Shown one piece after another: positions 1 through 13,460 of a stretch of 64,000 nucleotides of DNA. The position numbers and the translations under genes were made by a program. A model generated the notes under the pieces. The model saw only the letters and a program-made list of their open reading frames with translations, was not told the DNA's origin and made no database searches. Source of the stretch: Rhynchobatus australiae (Eukaryota). Positions within the stretch are counted from its first letter, which is position 1. Each line of letters begins with the position of its first letter. The stretch is from the NCBI GenBank assembly GCA_034780895.1, contig JAUZTB010000001.1:127478307-127542306 (forward strand). The letters are read 5' to 3'.

Positions 1-947
1 CTACCTGGTGCGTCTGCCCCTGGTTCACCCGACATGTTCCGCTGGGCAATTCTGCTGGGAATCGGAATTGGTTTATCATTGTCACTTGTACCAAGGTACA
101 GTGTACTTGTTTTGCATACTCTTCATATCAATCCACCCTTTCGGGTCCACTTGAGCTCCAGCCTGTGGCTCAGAAATTGGAGCTCCAACCTGGCTAGGAA
201 ATTGGAACAAGTTAGAGTTAGAAAATGTCCATTGGAATTACAATGGACAATGAAGCCACGTTCTTTGACCCAATGCAGTGCTCACATAAAGTTTGCGCTC
301 ATGCCTCATTATCATGTAATGTCCAATTCAGTATGAATCATGCCGTTTATCACATCAGTCCATCTGCACATGGTCCAATTTTCTGAGCAGCAGGCAACTG
401 ATAAAGCTAGCTAGCACAGACTGAAGTCATGCCTGCAACTGATGGTGGAAGCCATTCCAAAGGTTGTACGTTTGCTGCTGATCATTGAGGAATAGTACTG
501 AGAATATTTTCTTTAATTTTCCAACATGACTGGGATGCCTTTGTCATTGAGGAGGAAAGGAAAAGGATGAATTTGTAGGAGCCAGGAACCCCCTTCAGTT
601 TAGAACAAAATGTTTGCATTTACATAGTGACTTACACATCCTAAAGTGCTTTACAGGTTTGCAACCCTCTGAATAAAAAAAAATTCTTCACCTTATTCCT
701 AAATAAGATATTTATTTATTAGTCACATCTACATCAAAAAACACAGTGAAATCTGTCTAGTTCGAGACAACTCTTCAAGTCTCTCAGTACCAATACTGTC
801 GTGTCCTCTGTTCACCTTGTGTGAAACTTCATTGCTTCAATGAGATCATCCCTTATTCATCTAGCTTCCAGTGAGTGCAAGCCAAACTTTCCAACCTCTT
901 GTTTTAAGATAACTTGCTAATCCTGGCAATAAATCCAGGAAATCTGA

Positions 948-1312
948 GGCAGTAAAGCGGCACAGCTGGTAAAGCTGCTGCCTTACCGTTCTAACAATTC
1001 AGGTTCAATCCTGACTTCCAGTGATGTCCGTATGGAGTTTGTACTTTCCCCGTGTGATTGCGTGGGTTTCCTCCAGGTGCTCTGGTTTCCTCCCAGATCC
1101 CAAACATGTGGATTGATAGGTTAATTGGCCAACTATAAATTGCCCCAGAGGTGTAGATAATTGATAGTATCTGGGAGAAGCTGACAGGAATGTGAGGAGA
1201 ATAAAAATGGTATTAGTGTAGGATTTGCGTAAATGAGTGCTTGATGGTCAGCATAAATTTGATGGGCTGAAGGGCCTGTTTCCAAGTTGTATTGACTCTA
1301 TGACTCTGTATG
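948..1312 (+). mobile_element. Full-length HE1-like V-SINE
   Basis: tRNA-like head (ggcacagctggt...ggttcaatcc), V-domain core gggtttcctccaggtgctctggtttcctccc and CR1-type tail gggctgaagggcctgtt...gactctatgactct. Confidence 0.85.
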
Positions 1313-2605
1313 ATTATATTGCACTGGCAGCAGAGCAAGTTTATCCTTCCTGTAATACTGATATTGCACACAAATATCCTTGATGTGGTCACACTGAAGT
1401 CCTCAACAGTAACACCATTCCTGGCCAAGAAATGCTTTCCCACAAGTCCGAAACAAAAGGTAGTTCAACTGAAAATCTCCTGGAGTAGGACATAACTGTG
1501 TCCGTTTCTGGGTGTCCCTAATGCCCATCAGGAAATCTGACCACTGACTTTCTGGTGGGACTTTTTCTACATGAGTGTAAAACTCCATCAAATAGTAAAG
1601 CATCAATAGTTGTGCAAGAGCAAAAATCATGTGCAGCATGATATTTACTTCACTGGCTTTGAGTAATGTCAGTTCTTGTTTATTCACAAAGCAACTAGTT
1701 TTCACTAATCCCATTTCCCCTGAAACTGTGCTATTTAAAGAGCCGACATTCAAGCAGAATTCTCTGTCCTCATCAATGTTTGTGACCTCATGTGACCTCA
1801 AATATACCCTCATGTGTGCGCCTCCAGTGCTTTGAGATTAAGGTCACTTTCAGCTACCGAGCCTCAGGATCATTTCAGGCTGCTGCTCATCTCTGCCACA
1901 TCTCAAAATTTGCAGCAATAGGGAGGTCATCCAAACTCCACCTCCAAGGAGAGGAAACGTCAGCTACTTTGCCTTCATCTTACAAAAGCAGGCAGGACAG
2001 GAACAGGGATTTTCTTACATTGCAGGTTTTCCCAGAGTGTCCATGTACAGAGGAGTACTCATGTCCTACAGACAGGGACTGGCCTCCTTCCATAAGGAAT
2101 ATAACTTTTCTGAGCACTGTTCTTCACTACTCTGTCGTGGTCCTTCTGGGGCTCTGATGCACTCCTCTACCTCCTCTTTGTCATTGCAGTGTCCGTTCAT
2201 TACATGGTTATGTTATGATATATCCATTTAAGAGCTGCTAAGAATGGCAATAGATCGCAGCACAATATCACACAGGAACACCTAACGACACTGTTTCATG
2301 AACCTCGTGACTGCAGATCTCAATCCTTATCCAAAGTTCAAAAAAAAACCTTAAGGTGTTTGTTTTAACACCAATAAAAGGCAATAAAGCAATATCTGGG
2401 CTCCTTACTCTAATGTTCTAATCCCTCTTCCTGTGAAGGCCAAAATGCCATTTGCCTTCTTAATTATTTGATGTGACTGCATCTCCTTTCTGTTTTGTGA
2501 TCTCTCAACACACCCTCAGATGATTCAGATGAGCATGTTGATTATCTCCTCCAAAAAATGTAAGTCACTACAGTTCTCTCCTACCACCTTTTCTCCAAAT
2601 TATTC

Positions 2606-3415
2606 CCGAAGTAAATGCGAGGTCATCCACTTTGGAAGGAAAAATAAAAGGNNNNNNNNNNNNNNNNNNNNNNNNNNNNNNNNNNNNNNNNNNNNNNNNN
2701 NNNNNNNNNNNNNNNNNNNNNNNNNNNNNNNNNNNNNNNNNNNNNNNNNNNNNNNNNNNNNNNNNNNNNNNNNNNNNNNNNNNNNNNNNNNNNNNNNNNN
2801 NNNNNNNNNNNNNNNNNNNNNNNNNNNNNNNNNNNNNNNNNNNNNNNNNNNNNNNNNNNNNNNNNNNNNNNNNNNNNNNNNNNNNNNNNNNNNNNNNNNN
2901 NNNNNNNNNNNNNNNNNNNGGAGGTTCACCAGGTTGATTCTGGAGATGAGGGGGTTAGCCTATGAGGAGAGATTGAGTCACCTGTGACTATACTCGCTGG
3001 AATTCAGAAGAATGAGAGGGGATCTTTTAGAAAATATACAATTATGAAAGGGACAGATAAGATAGAGGCAGGAAAGTTGTTTCCACTGGTAAGTGAGACT
3101 AGAACTAAGTAAGGGACATACTCTCAAGATTTGGGGGAATAGATTTAAGACAGAGATGAGGAGGAACTGCTTTTCCCAGTGAATCTGTGAAATTCTCTGC
3201 CCAGGGAAGCAGTGGAGGCTTCCTCATTAAATATATTTAAAACACAGTTAGATAGACTTTCTGCATAGCAGGGGAATTAAGGGTTATGGGGAAAAGGCAT
3301 ATCTATGTCGGTGAATCTCAGTCCACGGCCAGATCAGGCATTATCTTATTGAATGGCGGAGCAGGCTCGACAGGCCAGATGGCCAACTCCTGCTCCATTT
3401 TCTTATGTTCTTATG
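2606..3415 (+). mobile_element. CR1/HER1-type LINE 3' fragment (gap inside)
   Basis: Translates KCEVIHFGRKN...RFTRLILEMRGLAYEERL and ends in ttcttatgttcttatg. Very similar to the copy at 48530-49948. Confidence 0.9.
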
Positions 3416-3589
3416 AACAATTAAGAAAGTTGTTAAGCAGCCCAAGTAATATAACTGAGCTATAGGGCCTAATTTCATGCCTCTGGAGTTGTTTATTGTT
3501 TAGTTGTATTGTGGCAGGATGAGGTGTGATATTATATGTACTGGATGAAGATCAGGTTGGGTCAATAGAAGATTATAAATTAAATACAG

Positions 3590-4510
3590 AAAATTGTATT
3601 AGTAAGTTTATGGATGACACAAAAGTTGCTTCGTCAGTAAGCTTGTGGATGACATGAAGGTTGATAGTGTTGTGTATAGCGAAAAGGATGGTCTAAGGCC
3701 ACAGATATAGATCANNNNNNNNNNNNNNNNNNNNNNNNNNNNNNNNNNNNNNNNNNNNNNNNNNNNNNNNNNNNNNNNNNNNNNNNNNNNNNNNNNNNNN
3801 NNNNNNNNNNNNNNNNNNNNNNNNNNNNNNNNNNNNNNNNNNNNNNNNNNNNNNNNNNNNNNNNNNNNNNNNNNNNNNNNNNNNNNNNNNNNNNNNNNNN
3901 NNNNNNNNNNNNNNNNNNNNNNNNNNNNNNNNNNNNNNNNNNNNNNNNNNNNNNNNGCAGAATATTAGCGGATGGAATTTAATCCCAACAAATGCAAGAT
4001 GATGCATTTTAGAAAGACAAATAGGGTAGGACAAATACAGTACATGGTAAGGCATTAAGGAACATTGATGAACAGAGGGACATTGGGGTTCAAGTCCATA
4101 GTTCCCTGAAAGTAGCAACACAAGTAGATTCAGTGGTGGGATGGGATGGGAAGAGGCTAAGGGATGAACTGATAGAGATATATAAAATTATATATAGATA
4201 GTGTAGTTAATCAGGATCTTTTTCCCATGGTTGGGGTATCAAAAATAAAAGGGCATAGGCATAAGGCAAGAGGAAGGAATTTTAAAGGGGATTTGAGAGT
4301 AAAGCTTTTCATACAGAGAGTAGTTGATATCTGGAACTCGCTGCTAGAGGAGGTGGTGGAGACAGATGCACTGTTTAAAAGACATTTAGATCGACACTTA
4401 CATATGCAAGGCAGAGGATATGGACCTAATGTGAACAAATATGATTAGATTAGATGAACAAAATGTTTGACATGGATTGGTGGACCATAGGGCCTGTTTC
4501 TGTGCTGCAC
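3590..4510 (+). mobile_element. Degenerate CR1 LINE 3' fragment
   Basis: A KF.DDTK-like RT motif (aagtttatggatgacacaaaa), the peptide FIQRVVDIWNSLLEEVVE and a gggcctgtttctgtgctg tail. Confidence 0.8.
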
Positions 4511-6044
4511 AACTCTAGGACAGTATGACTAAACTTTTAAACATTTTCTTGGAAACTTATTTTCCCCATTCCTGAGACTTATTGGCTCCATTTTGTAGGA
4601 AAGAAAACAAATCAATGTAATGTGATAGGAAAACTGACTGCCAATGTTTATTTGAACGATTAGAAATAATGAAGTGAATTAGACAATAATGATCTTTCTG
4701 TAATGAAATTATTTCCGTACTCCTCAATAATTGTCATAAAGGGTGCACTTAGGCTACTGATTAATGGCAATGTCTTGGAGATTCCGTTCCTACTCCCTTA
4801 TTGTTGCCTCAGAGTGAGTTGGCTTATCAGAGGACAATGGTTGCAATATCTTCAATTTTTCCAGCTACATGCTGCCTGAGAGACTCCCCTAGTGCCTTTT
4901 AATGAGTGGTAACCTAATTTACATTCAGAATTATAAACTAGCCTGACACTGGTATGAAGCAGAGTGAAACTCCATGAATGGAAGAGATTCTGAAGGATTA
5001 GCCTTGGGGTCAGCTCACTCAAAATCTACCCTAGCACCAATTCAAAGTGATAATTGACTTCACACTAACACCAAACCTCTGGAATGCCAACACTGACAAT
5101 CAGGTGAGCATTTGGCATTTAGCTCACCCACTTGTGTAGTTACTGCCAGGCTGAAACTGAAGGAAATCTTGATTTACCAACCACATCCAGTCCTTCTGGA
5201 TGCAAAATCCAAGGTCTTTAACATTGTCAATAAGGGATGTCCTCTGAAGTTGATTTCTCTCATTCAGTTGATATCTTTAATCCAGAGTAAACTGAAGTGT
5301 CAGAAGTCTTTTGCTTCATTTATTGTTAATAAAATTACAGTAAAATAGTACCCATTTAAGGTTTTACTGCCTTCACTTAAGTTCCAAAATTATCAGATAT
5401 CGTAACAATCTACTTACATATATGGGATCAATAAGTAAGAATGATTGTGTATTTATACATTGCAAGCAATGTTTATATGATATAAAATGACCTTCAGAGT
5501 CATATGACCTTTAGTTCAGTTCAGCTTGGTTGAGTTAAAGGCAGTTTGGCAGCACATTAATAAACAATTCTAAAGAATAATTAATCTTAATTCCTCTCCA
5601 AGGCAAAGGCTGAGAACTAAAGAAAAAAATTAAGATTTTTTTTTCCAGTTTATATTTTAACTATTATGTTTTCTTTTTATTTAGTCCTTCATGGGATGTA
5701 GATGTCACTGGCAATGCATTATCCCTCTTTAATTGCTCTGAACTGAGGAGACAGTTAATATTGAACCATCTAAATGGACTGGAGTCACATGTAGTCTCAT
5801 GGACTGGGTAACGGAGGCAGATTTCATTCCCTGAAGGATGTTCGGGAACCAGTTTCTTCAAATAATATAATTACATCAGATTGTTTTCTTATTTTTTTAA
5901 AGTGGTGCTTGGGTTCATATGTATTTCTTCTCATATTTCCAAATGGCACTGAGGCCATTCCCCCACTGGGTTTATACTAGCTCTCAAAACAGCCCCACCA
6001 ATCTTCTTTTCCCACTTACTTCCCTGTAACCTATTACTGAAAAC

Positions 6045-6795
6045 TATTACAGTTGTAGAGCATGGAAGCCGGGCCTTTGGCCCACTAAGACCACGGTGAT
6101 CATCCAGCATCTATTATACTAATAGAGACACAAGAAACTGCAGATGCTGGAACCTAGAGCCACAAACTGCAGATGCTGGAATCTGGAGGAACTCAGTAGG
6201 TCAAGTAGCATCTGTGGAGGGGGAAAGGAATTGTTGACATTTTAGGTTGAAACCCTGTTTGTTGACCCATTTCACCAATCCTACACAAATCCCACTTAAC
6301 GGTCCCCACACTCCCACCAATTCCCTGTGAGATTCTACCACGCACCTACGCACTGCGAACAATTTAGAATGGCCAGTTTTCCGACCAAACTGCATATCTC
6401 TGGGATTTAGGAGGAAGCCAGAACACTCTGAGGAAACCTTTGCGGTAACAGTAAGAATGTGCAAACCCGACACATAAACAGCACCAAAAGTCAGGATGGA
6501 AACCAGGTTGCTGGAACTGTAAAGCAACACCCCTAGCACTGTGCTGTCCATCAACTGCCCCACCACTCCAATTCTCCTAACGCCCACCTACATAAGGGGC
6601 AATTACAGTGGCCATTCAAACTACCAGCCCGCATTTCTTTAGGATGTGGGAAGAAACTGCAACATCCAGGAGAGACCAATGGAGTCGGAGGGAGAAGGTA
6701 CAAACTCCATACAGACAACGTCCGAGGTCAGGATTGAACCTGGTCTGTTGGAGCCGTGAGACAGCAGATCTACTTGCTGTACCACTGTGCAGCCA
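6045..6795 (-). mobile_element. Two adjacent V-SINE copies, the first interrupted by a Penelope-derived insert (6124-6258)
   Basis: Reverse complements of the V-domain and tRNA head occur at about 6400-6550 and 6640-6795, with the CR1-like tail at 6050-6120. Confidence 0.75.
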
Positions 6796-6857
6796 GTTAT
6801 AGAGTAAAAATTAACAGGAGGCAGAAGGACAAGTGAAGATAAAGGCTTCTTTGAAAC

Positions 6858-9300
6858 AATCATGGAGTCATAGAGTTATACAGCATGGAAACTGGACCTT
6901 TGGCCCAACTTGTCCATGCTGACCAAGGTTCCTACCTGAGCTAGACCCATTTGCCTGCATTTGACCCAAATCCCTCTAAACTTTCCCTATCTATTGACCC
7001 GTGCAAACGTCTGTTAAACTTTGTAATTGTACCTGCCTCTACCACTCCCTTTGGCAGCTCGTTCCATATACCCACTACACTCCGTTTAAAAAAAAACTGC
7101 CCCTAAGTGTGGTCTCACCAATACCTTGTACAGTTTTAAAATAATGCCCCAGCTCTTGTATTCAATGCCCTGACCAATGAAGGCAAGTGTGCAAAATGCC
7201 TTCTTCATCACCCTGTCCACCTGTCATGGTTCTGAGTTCTGGCCCTCAATTTGGCTCCATTAATGCCTTGTTGTCCAGCACACGGATTCCATGCTGGANN
7301 NNNNNNNNNNNNNNNNNNNNNNNNNNNNNNNNNNNNNNNNNNNNNNNNNNNNNNNNNNNNNNNNNNNNNNNNNNNNNNNNNNNNNNNNNNNNNNNNNNNN
7401 NNNNNNNNNNNNNNNNNNNNNNNNNNNNNNNNNNNNNNNNNNNNNNNNNNNNNNNNNNNNNNNNNNNNNNNNNNNNNNNNNNNNNNNNNNNNNNNNNNNN
7501 NNNNNNNNNNNNNNNNNNNNNNNNNNNNNNNNNNNNNNNNNNNNNNNNNNNNNNNNNNNNNNNNNNNNNNNNNNNNNNNNNNNNNNNNNNNNNNNNNNNN
7601 NNNNNNNNNNNNNNNNNNNNNNNNNNNNNNNNNNNNNNNNNNNNNNNNNNNNNNNNNNNNNNNNNNNNNNNNNNNNNNNNNNNNNNNNNNNNNNNNNNNN
7701 NNNNNNNNNNNNNNNNNNNNNNNNNNNNNNNNNNNNNNNNNNNNNNNNNNNNNNNNNNNNNNNNNNNNNNNNNNNNNNNNNNNNNNNNNNNNNNNNNNNN
7801 NNNNNNNNNNNNNNNNNNNNNNNNNNNNNNNNATGCTTGTCTGAGTTAAATTGCATCTGCCATTCCTTGGCCCACTTTCCCAGTTCATCTATATCCTGCT
7901 GTAATCATAGATAACCTACTTCACTGTTCACTTTACCACTAATTTTGGTGTCATCTGCAAATTTATTAACCATGCCATCTACATTTTCATCCAAATCATT
8001 AACATAAGTGACAAACAACAGCAGACCCAGAACCGATCCTGGCACACCACTGATGTCAGGCCTCTGATCTGAGAAACAACCCTCCATGCTCACCCTCTAA
8101 CTCCTTCCACGAAGCCAACTATTTATCCAATTGGCTTGCTCACCCTCGAGCCCATGCCATCTCACCTTCTGCACCAGATACCACGTGGGACCTTGTCAAA
8201 GGCCTTGCTAAAGTCCATGTAGACAATATCTACCGTCCTGCCTTCGTCAATCCTCTTGGTCACCTCTTTGGAAAAACTCAATCAAATTTGTGAGACATGA
8301 TTTCCCTCACACAAAGCCATACTGCCTATCCCTATTCAGGACCTGCCTTTCCAAATACAGATAGATCCTGTCTCTCAGCATCCCCAGCATTAACTTTCCC
8401 ATTACTTATGTTACCTCACTGACCTGTAGTTCCCTAGTTTGTCCTTTCAGCCCTTAAATGAAGGCACAACATTACCCATCCTCTACTCTTTCTGTACCTT
8501 ACCCATGGCTAATACCTCTGTCGGGGCCCCAGCAATATCTTCCCACAGTGTCCTAGTGTGCAATTGGTCAGGCCCCAGGGAATTATCCACCTTTATGTAC
8601 TTTAAGACCCCCAGCACCTTCTCTTTTGTAATGTGGGTATGCTTCAAAACATCACTGTACTCTTCCCTGGTTTCCCTAGCTTCCATCTTCTCCATGGTAA
8701 ATAGTTACAAGAAATCTTCATTTAAGACCTCGCCTATCTCCTGTGGCTCCATGTATAGACAACCACATTAACCTTTAATGGGACCTATTCTCTCCCTAAT
8801 TACCCTTTGGCTCTTAATATTACTTAAGGTCTTTTAGGATTTTCCTTTACCTTATCTGCCAAAACTATGGCATGTCCTTTTTTTCCCTCCTGATTTCCCT
8901 CATATGTGTACTTGTGCATCCTATATACTTCTCATGGGGCTTGCATGATCCAAGCTATCTTTACCTGATACATGTCTCCTTTTTCCTGAACCCTCTCTAT
9001 CTCACCTTCAAAAGACCCCCACTTGCCAGATGTTCCTTTACCTGAAAACAGCCTCTCCCAATCAACCTTTGCAAGTTCCTGAATAATGCCATTACAATTG
9101 GCCTTGCCCCAGTTTTGGACATTAACTTATGGAGTTCCATTTTTTTCCCATAACTATTTTAAAACTAATAGATTTATGGTCACCGGTGCCAAGGTGCTCC
9201 CCCATTGAAACTACAGTCAGTTACCCTGCGTCATTTCCCAATAAAAGGTCAAGTTATGCCCTCCCTTTAGTAGGGCTATCTGCATATTGCATGAGAAAAC
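6858..9300 (-). mobile_element. Long degenerate CR1 LINE (ORF2 remnant)
   Basis: Minus-strand peptides SGVPGSVLGLLLFVTYVNDLDENVDGMVNKFADDTKI and IKVDNSLGPDQLHTRTLWE, with the 3' tail near 6860-6910. Confidence 0.9.
7222..7298. mobile_element. End of an LTR (same family as 39836-40114) inserted into the CR1; remainder lost in the gap
   Basis: Starts with TGTCATGG and is the near-exact reverse complement of 40038-40114. Confidence 0.75.
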
Positions 9301-10079
9301 TAAGAATTGACAAATATTACTTATGCACTGTTAGCATTTTTAGTAAGTATTGTCTTGTTTGCTCTTGTGTGTGTATATGATTGGATTAATATTGCATGTT
9401 GGCAGATGATAGCAAATTCTTTCTTTATATTGCCTTGTGAATTCCCCCAAATTAAAATAATATGTGCTTAAGGGGAAGTTTCCATTTTGATGTCTTCAAC
9501 ATCACTCAGTAGAACACATGGCAGTGTCTAAAGGTGGACAACTGAAAGCACCGTGGGGAAGGCAGGGGTGTTTGGGAGGTGGAATGGAGGGGCAATATCC
9601 TATCTTTCTCTGGGAGTACACCACTGGAAAACCCTCCTTAAATGGTGCACCTGTACACAATATGTTGGGATGTTATGACTTCTAGAAACTAGTTTTGAGC
9701 AAGATCATTATTTTCTCTTTATTAGGGAAGGCATGAAAGTCATTATGATTGATTTTGACTCTCACATTGATCAGCATTGCTGGTGAGGTCGGTATTTATT
9801 CTCCAATCCTAATTACCCTTGAGAGAAAGGTGGTAAGCTACCTTCTATATCCACTGCAATTTTCTAGTGAAGGTACTCCAACAGCGATGCTGAGTAAAGA
9901 GTTCCAGGATTTAGAGCCACTGACAACAGAGGAAGTCAGGATGGTGTGTGACCTGTTGTGTGATGGTTGTGTATCATAAGTCAAAGCATTCAGTGTGGAG
10001 GGAGATGTTTAGTGCCTTCATGCCTGTGCCTTGGTCTATAATTGAACTTATCAAATCATCTAAGTGTCATCATTAGCTG

Positions 10080-10420
10080 AATATCCATGAATCTGAAGGT
10101 TATGGTTGAAGCCCTCCTCCTTGACCAAAACACATAATCCAGGCAGATACCTGTCTATTTGAGAGCCATGGTAATGATGAGATGCCAAAGCAGGACACCA
10201 CCTCCCCTCTCGGGTGAATATGTTTATTCCTCAGACTCTATTACAGAAATAGAGTACCACACTGTGCATCCTATTGACATTTCAGGAACCACTATCTGAG
10301 CAAATCTGGACACATGTTTTGCAAAGTGTTTACAATAACTTCACTTTCATTGGTTGTGATGAGATCTATGAAGTTACTTTAAAAATGTTCTATAAGCTCA
10401 AACATTTTTTACATACCATG
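10080..10420 (+). mobile_element. Highly decayed Deu-domain SINE (SacSINE1/AmnSINE-like)
   Basis: Order of recognisable blocks follows the recalled Deu-SINE consensus: gaatctgaaggtt...cacataatccaggc, ccctctcgggtgaatatg, gcaaat..., ttcattggttgtg. Confidence 0.5.
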
Positions 10421-11029
10421 AGCCTATTTCACTTTCTTTTTGTACTATCACAAGCTTATTAAATGTTATTTTAAGTATTGTTAGGGGGTCCCTTACAATT
10501 GCAGTCTTGAGTTTTACTAATGTATGAAATAATATTTTTCCAACCTCTTTGTAATGATCATTCTTGATCCATGTGTTCTTGTCACTAACTTGTCAATCAG
10601 TGAAAATGACCTTTTATTGGTGACCTGAGCCAGTAGCTTGCAGGTTCAAGTCCCNNNNNNNNNNNNNNNNNNNNNNNNNNNNNNNNNNNNNNNNNNNNNN
10701 NNNNNNNNNNNNNNNNNNNNNNNNNNNNNNNNNNNNNNNNNNNNNNNNNNNNNNNNNNNNNNNNNNNNNNNNNNNNNNNNNNNNNNNNNNNNNNNNNNNN
10801 NNNNNNNNNNNNNNNNNNNNNNNNNNNNNNNNNNNNNNNNNNNNNNNNNNNNNNNNNNNNNNNNNNNNNNNNNNNNNNNNNNNNNNNNNNNNNNNNNNNN
10901 NNNNNNNNNNNNNNNNNNNNNNNNNNNNNNNNNNNNNNNNNNNNNNNNNNNNNNNNNNNNNNNNNNNNNNNNNNNNNNNNNNNNTATAGATCTCTCACAC
11001 AATTCCTGCTGTATAAGAATAAAAGAAAT

Positions 11030-11850
11030 GTTCTTAAGAAATGGCTGTATCAACCAATAAGACCATAGCTTATCTCACCTCTGACCTCAGCATTCTACTG
11101 CCAGATCCCAAAGCTTTTTATTCTCCTATCTCCACCTTGAAAATACTTAATGACTTTGTCTCCAGAATTTTCTCTGTGGTAGAGGAGATTCAGAACACCC
11201 TGAGAGAAGGAATTCCTCCATAAAACAGCCTTAAATGGTCAACTGCTTATCCTCCCTTTTTCATGTACCTTCTCTCCTGACACATTCCCAACTTTTCATC
11301 CTGGGTCATTGGGTAAATGTATTGGTCAGTTGGAACATAGAGCAGTACAGCCCAGGAGCAGGTCCTTCAGCCCATAATGTCTGTGCCAACTATGATGCCA
11401 ATCCAAACTAATCCCATCTTCCTGCACATGATCCATATCCCTCCATTCCCTGCCTGTTCAAATGCCTCTTAAACATTGCTATTGTACTTGCTTCTACCAC
11501 CTCCTCTGGCAGTGCGTTCCAGGCACCTACCACTCTCTGTGTAACAAAAATTTGCCTTGTAAATCCCCTTTAAACTTCCCCCCCTCTCACGCTGAGGCCA
11601 TGCTTTCTAGTATTTGATATTTCCATGCTGGAAAAAAGGCTCCATCTGCCCTATCTATGCCTCTCATAATTTTATATACTTCTACAAGGTGCCCNNNNNN
11701 NNNNNNNNNNNNNNNNNNNNNNNNNNNNNNNNNNNNNNNNNNNNNNNNNNNNNNNNNNNNNNNNNNNNNNNNNNNNNNNNNNNNNNNNNNNNNNCCCCCC
11801 CTCAGCCTCCAAAACACCAGAGAAAACAATCCAAGTTTGTCCAACCTCCA
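11030..11850 (-). mobile_element. CR1 LINE 3' fragments
   Basis: Peptides RLDKLGLFSL and LVEVYKIMRGIDR, with the tail at 11335-11380. Confidence 0.85.
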
Positions 11851-12227
11851 TTTGAAAGGCATTTGGTCAGGTACATGGAAGGAAGGAAGAACATGGGCCA
11901 AAGGCTGGTAATCGGGATCAGCCCAGGTGGGCAATGCATTCGAAGTAAGTCAGACACACTGGAATGGAACCATGATGCTTGGTTAGTTGATCTCCAGCAT
12001 TGCAGGTGGAGATGCTATAATTGATGGCCATTCCTGCAATTAGGAACAAGGACATATGGCATTGCAGATTCCTGTTCCTGATGATCAGACATTACCTTTT
12101 AATCTGGAAACATGAGAGCATGAGATGGCCAACATCAGAAGTGGTTGTGATCCCCTCCACGAAAAGGAATCCACCCATCCCTTCCATCAGGGCTTTCAAT
12201 GTGACGAAGGGTAGAAGTGGGAAACAT

Positions 12228-12550
12228 AGGATATAGAGTAGGAGTAGGCCATCTATCCCCATTTGCCTGCTCTGTATTCAGTAAGATCAAGGCTGATTTT
12301 CTACAGTGCCACTTTCCTACAGTAACCCCATATATCTAAAAAATCTGATTTTTTTTTTCTTGAATATACCCAGCAGCTCAACCTTTGTGGCCCTCTAAGG
12401 TAGATAATTCCAAACATTCAGTACTCTCTGGGTGAAGAAAATTGTTCTCATCTCTGTGCTAAATAGCTATTTTGAGATTGTGATCCCATGGTGTGGACAC
12501 CCCAATGAGAGGAAAGATCATCCCCCACGCCTTCCCTGTCAAGTCCCATA
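12228..12550 (-). mobile_element. CR1 LINE 3' fragment
   Basis: gagtaggagtaggccat and ctctgggtgaagaaa match the reverse complement of CR1 3' ends seen elsewhere in the window. Confidence 0.75.
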
Positions 12551-12959
12551 ATGAGATACATAAGAGGGAATATGTACAAAATAGTTCCTACTACCTGTGG
12601 TACTGCATCAAGCACAAATAGAGGGAGCAGTGGAGATTAAAATTATGGGTAAGGTAAATGACATAACTAGTCCAATCTATTAATGCCCCAGAGGAATTTA
12701 TCAGAAAGATCATATGTGACCTTTGTTAGATTATAAGTAATCCTCAGAGGGAGAAAGTAAAGCTTATTAGAATTTACAGAAATGATAATTAAATTGTCCT
12801 TTTTATTCTTTCAAATGTCAGCAAAATGATCCATTGCTTCCCATATTGTAAAGGATAATGCTGTTGGCCTGGGCTTTAATCTATGTATCCAAGTACTTTT
12901 GCTTGATATGCAGAAGAGGTTGAATTCATTTGAATTGAATTGAAAAGAACCCAATATTC

Positions 12960-13460
12960 TGCGAAGCTTTAACAGAAACAGAAAATATTGGAGATAATTA
13001 GCAGATCGGACCCCATCTATGGAGAGAGGAAAAGAGTTAATAATTTAGAACTTCCATTGAACTTTCTCCAGCACTTTTGCTTTGTTGATTTGTTTATTCA
13101 GTGCTTATTCAGTCTACATACAAACTGCTGGAGGAGCTCAGTGGGTCGAATGTCATCTGTGGGAGGAATGGAATTGTCGATGTTTCAGATCGAAATTATG
13201 CATCAGTTCTGATGCTGCTCGACCCGCTGAGTTCCTCCAGCAGATTGTTTGTTGCTCCAGATTCCAGCATCTGCAGTCTCTTGTGTCTCAAATATACCAC
13301 ATCATCAGTTGATAGTGATCAGAGGAAATAAGTTCACATGAAAGGTCATTGACCTGAAATGTTAACGGTCTTTATCTCTCCACTGACAATGCCTGGCCTG
13401 CTGAGTATTCCTGGCACTTTCTATTTTTATTTGCGATTTCAAGCAACAGCAGCATTTTGC
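12960..13460. mobile_element. Cluster of Penelope-like terminal-repeat fragments in both orientations
   Basis: Shared motif gctgagttcctccagca...ttccagcatctgcag. Inverted pair at 13121-13149 / 13218-13246. Hammerhead-like cores at about 13175-13206 (minus) and 13337-13356 (plus). Confidence 0.75.

Noticed and set aside
1390-1445. Weak resemblance to the LF-SINE 3' region (actgaagtcctc...gctttcccac)
   Set aside because: Only two short blocks match from memory, which is not enough without an HMM search.
1403-1813. 136-aa minus-strand ORF
   Set aside because: No domain similarity or splice support that I can recognise, and the length is compatible with chance.
7187-7914. Long ORFs made mostly of X (also at 34.8-35.6 kb and 55.7-56.5 kb)
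   Set aside because: They result from translating through N gaps.
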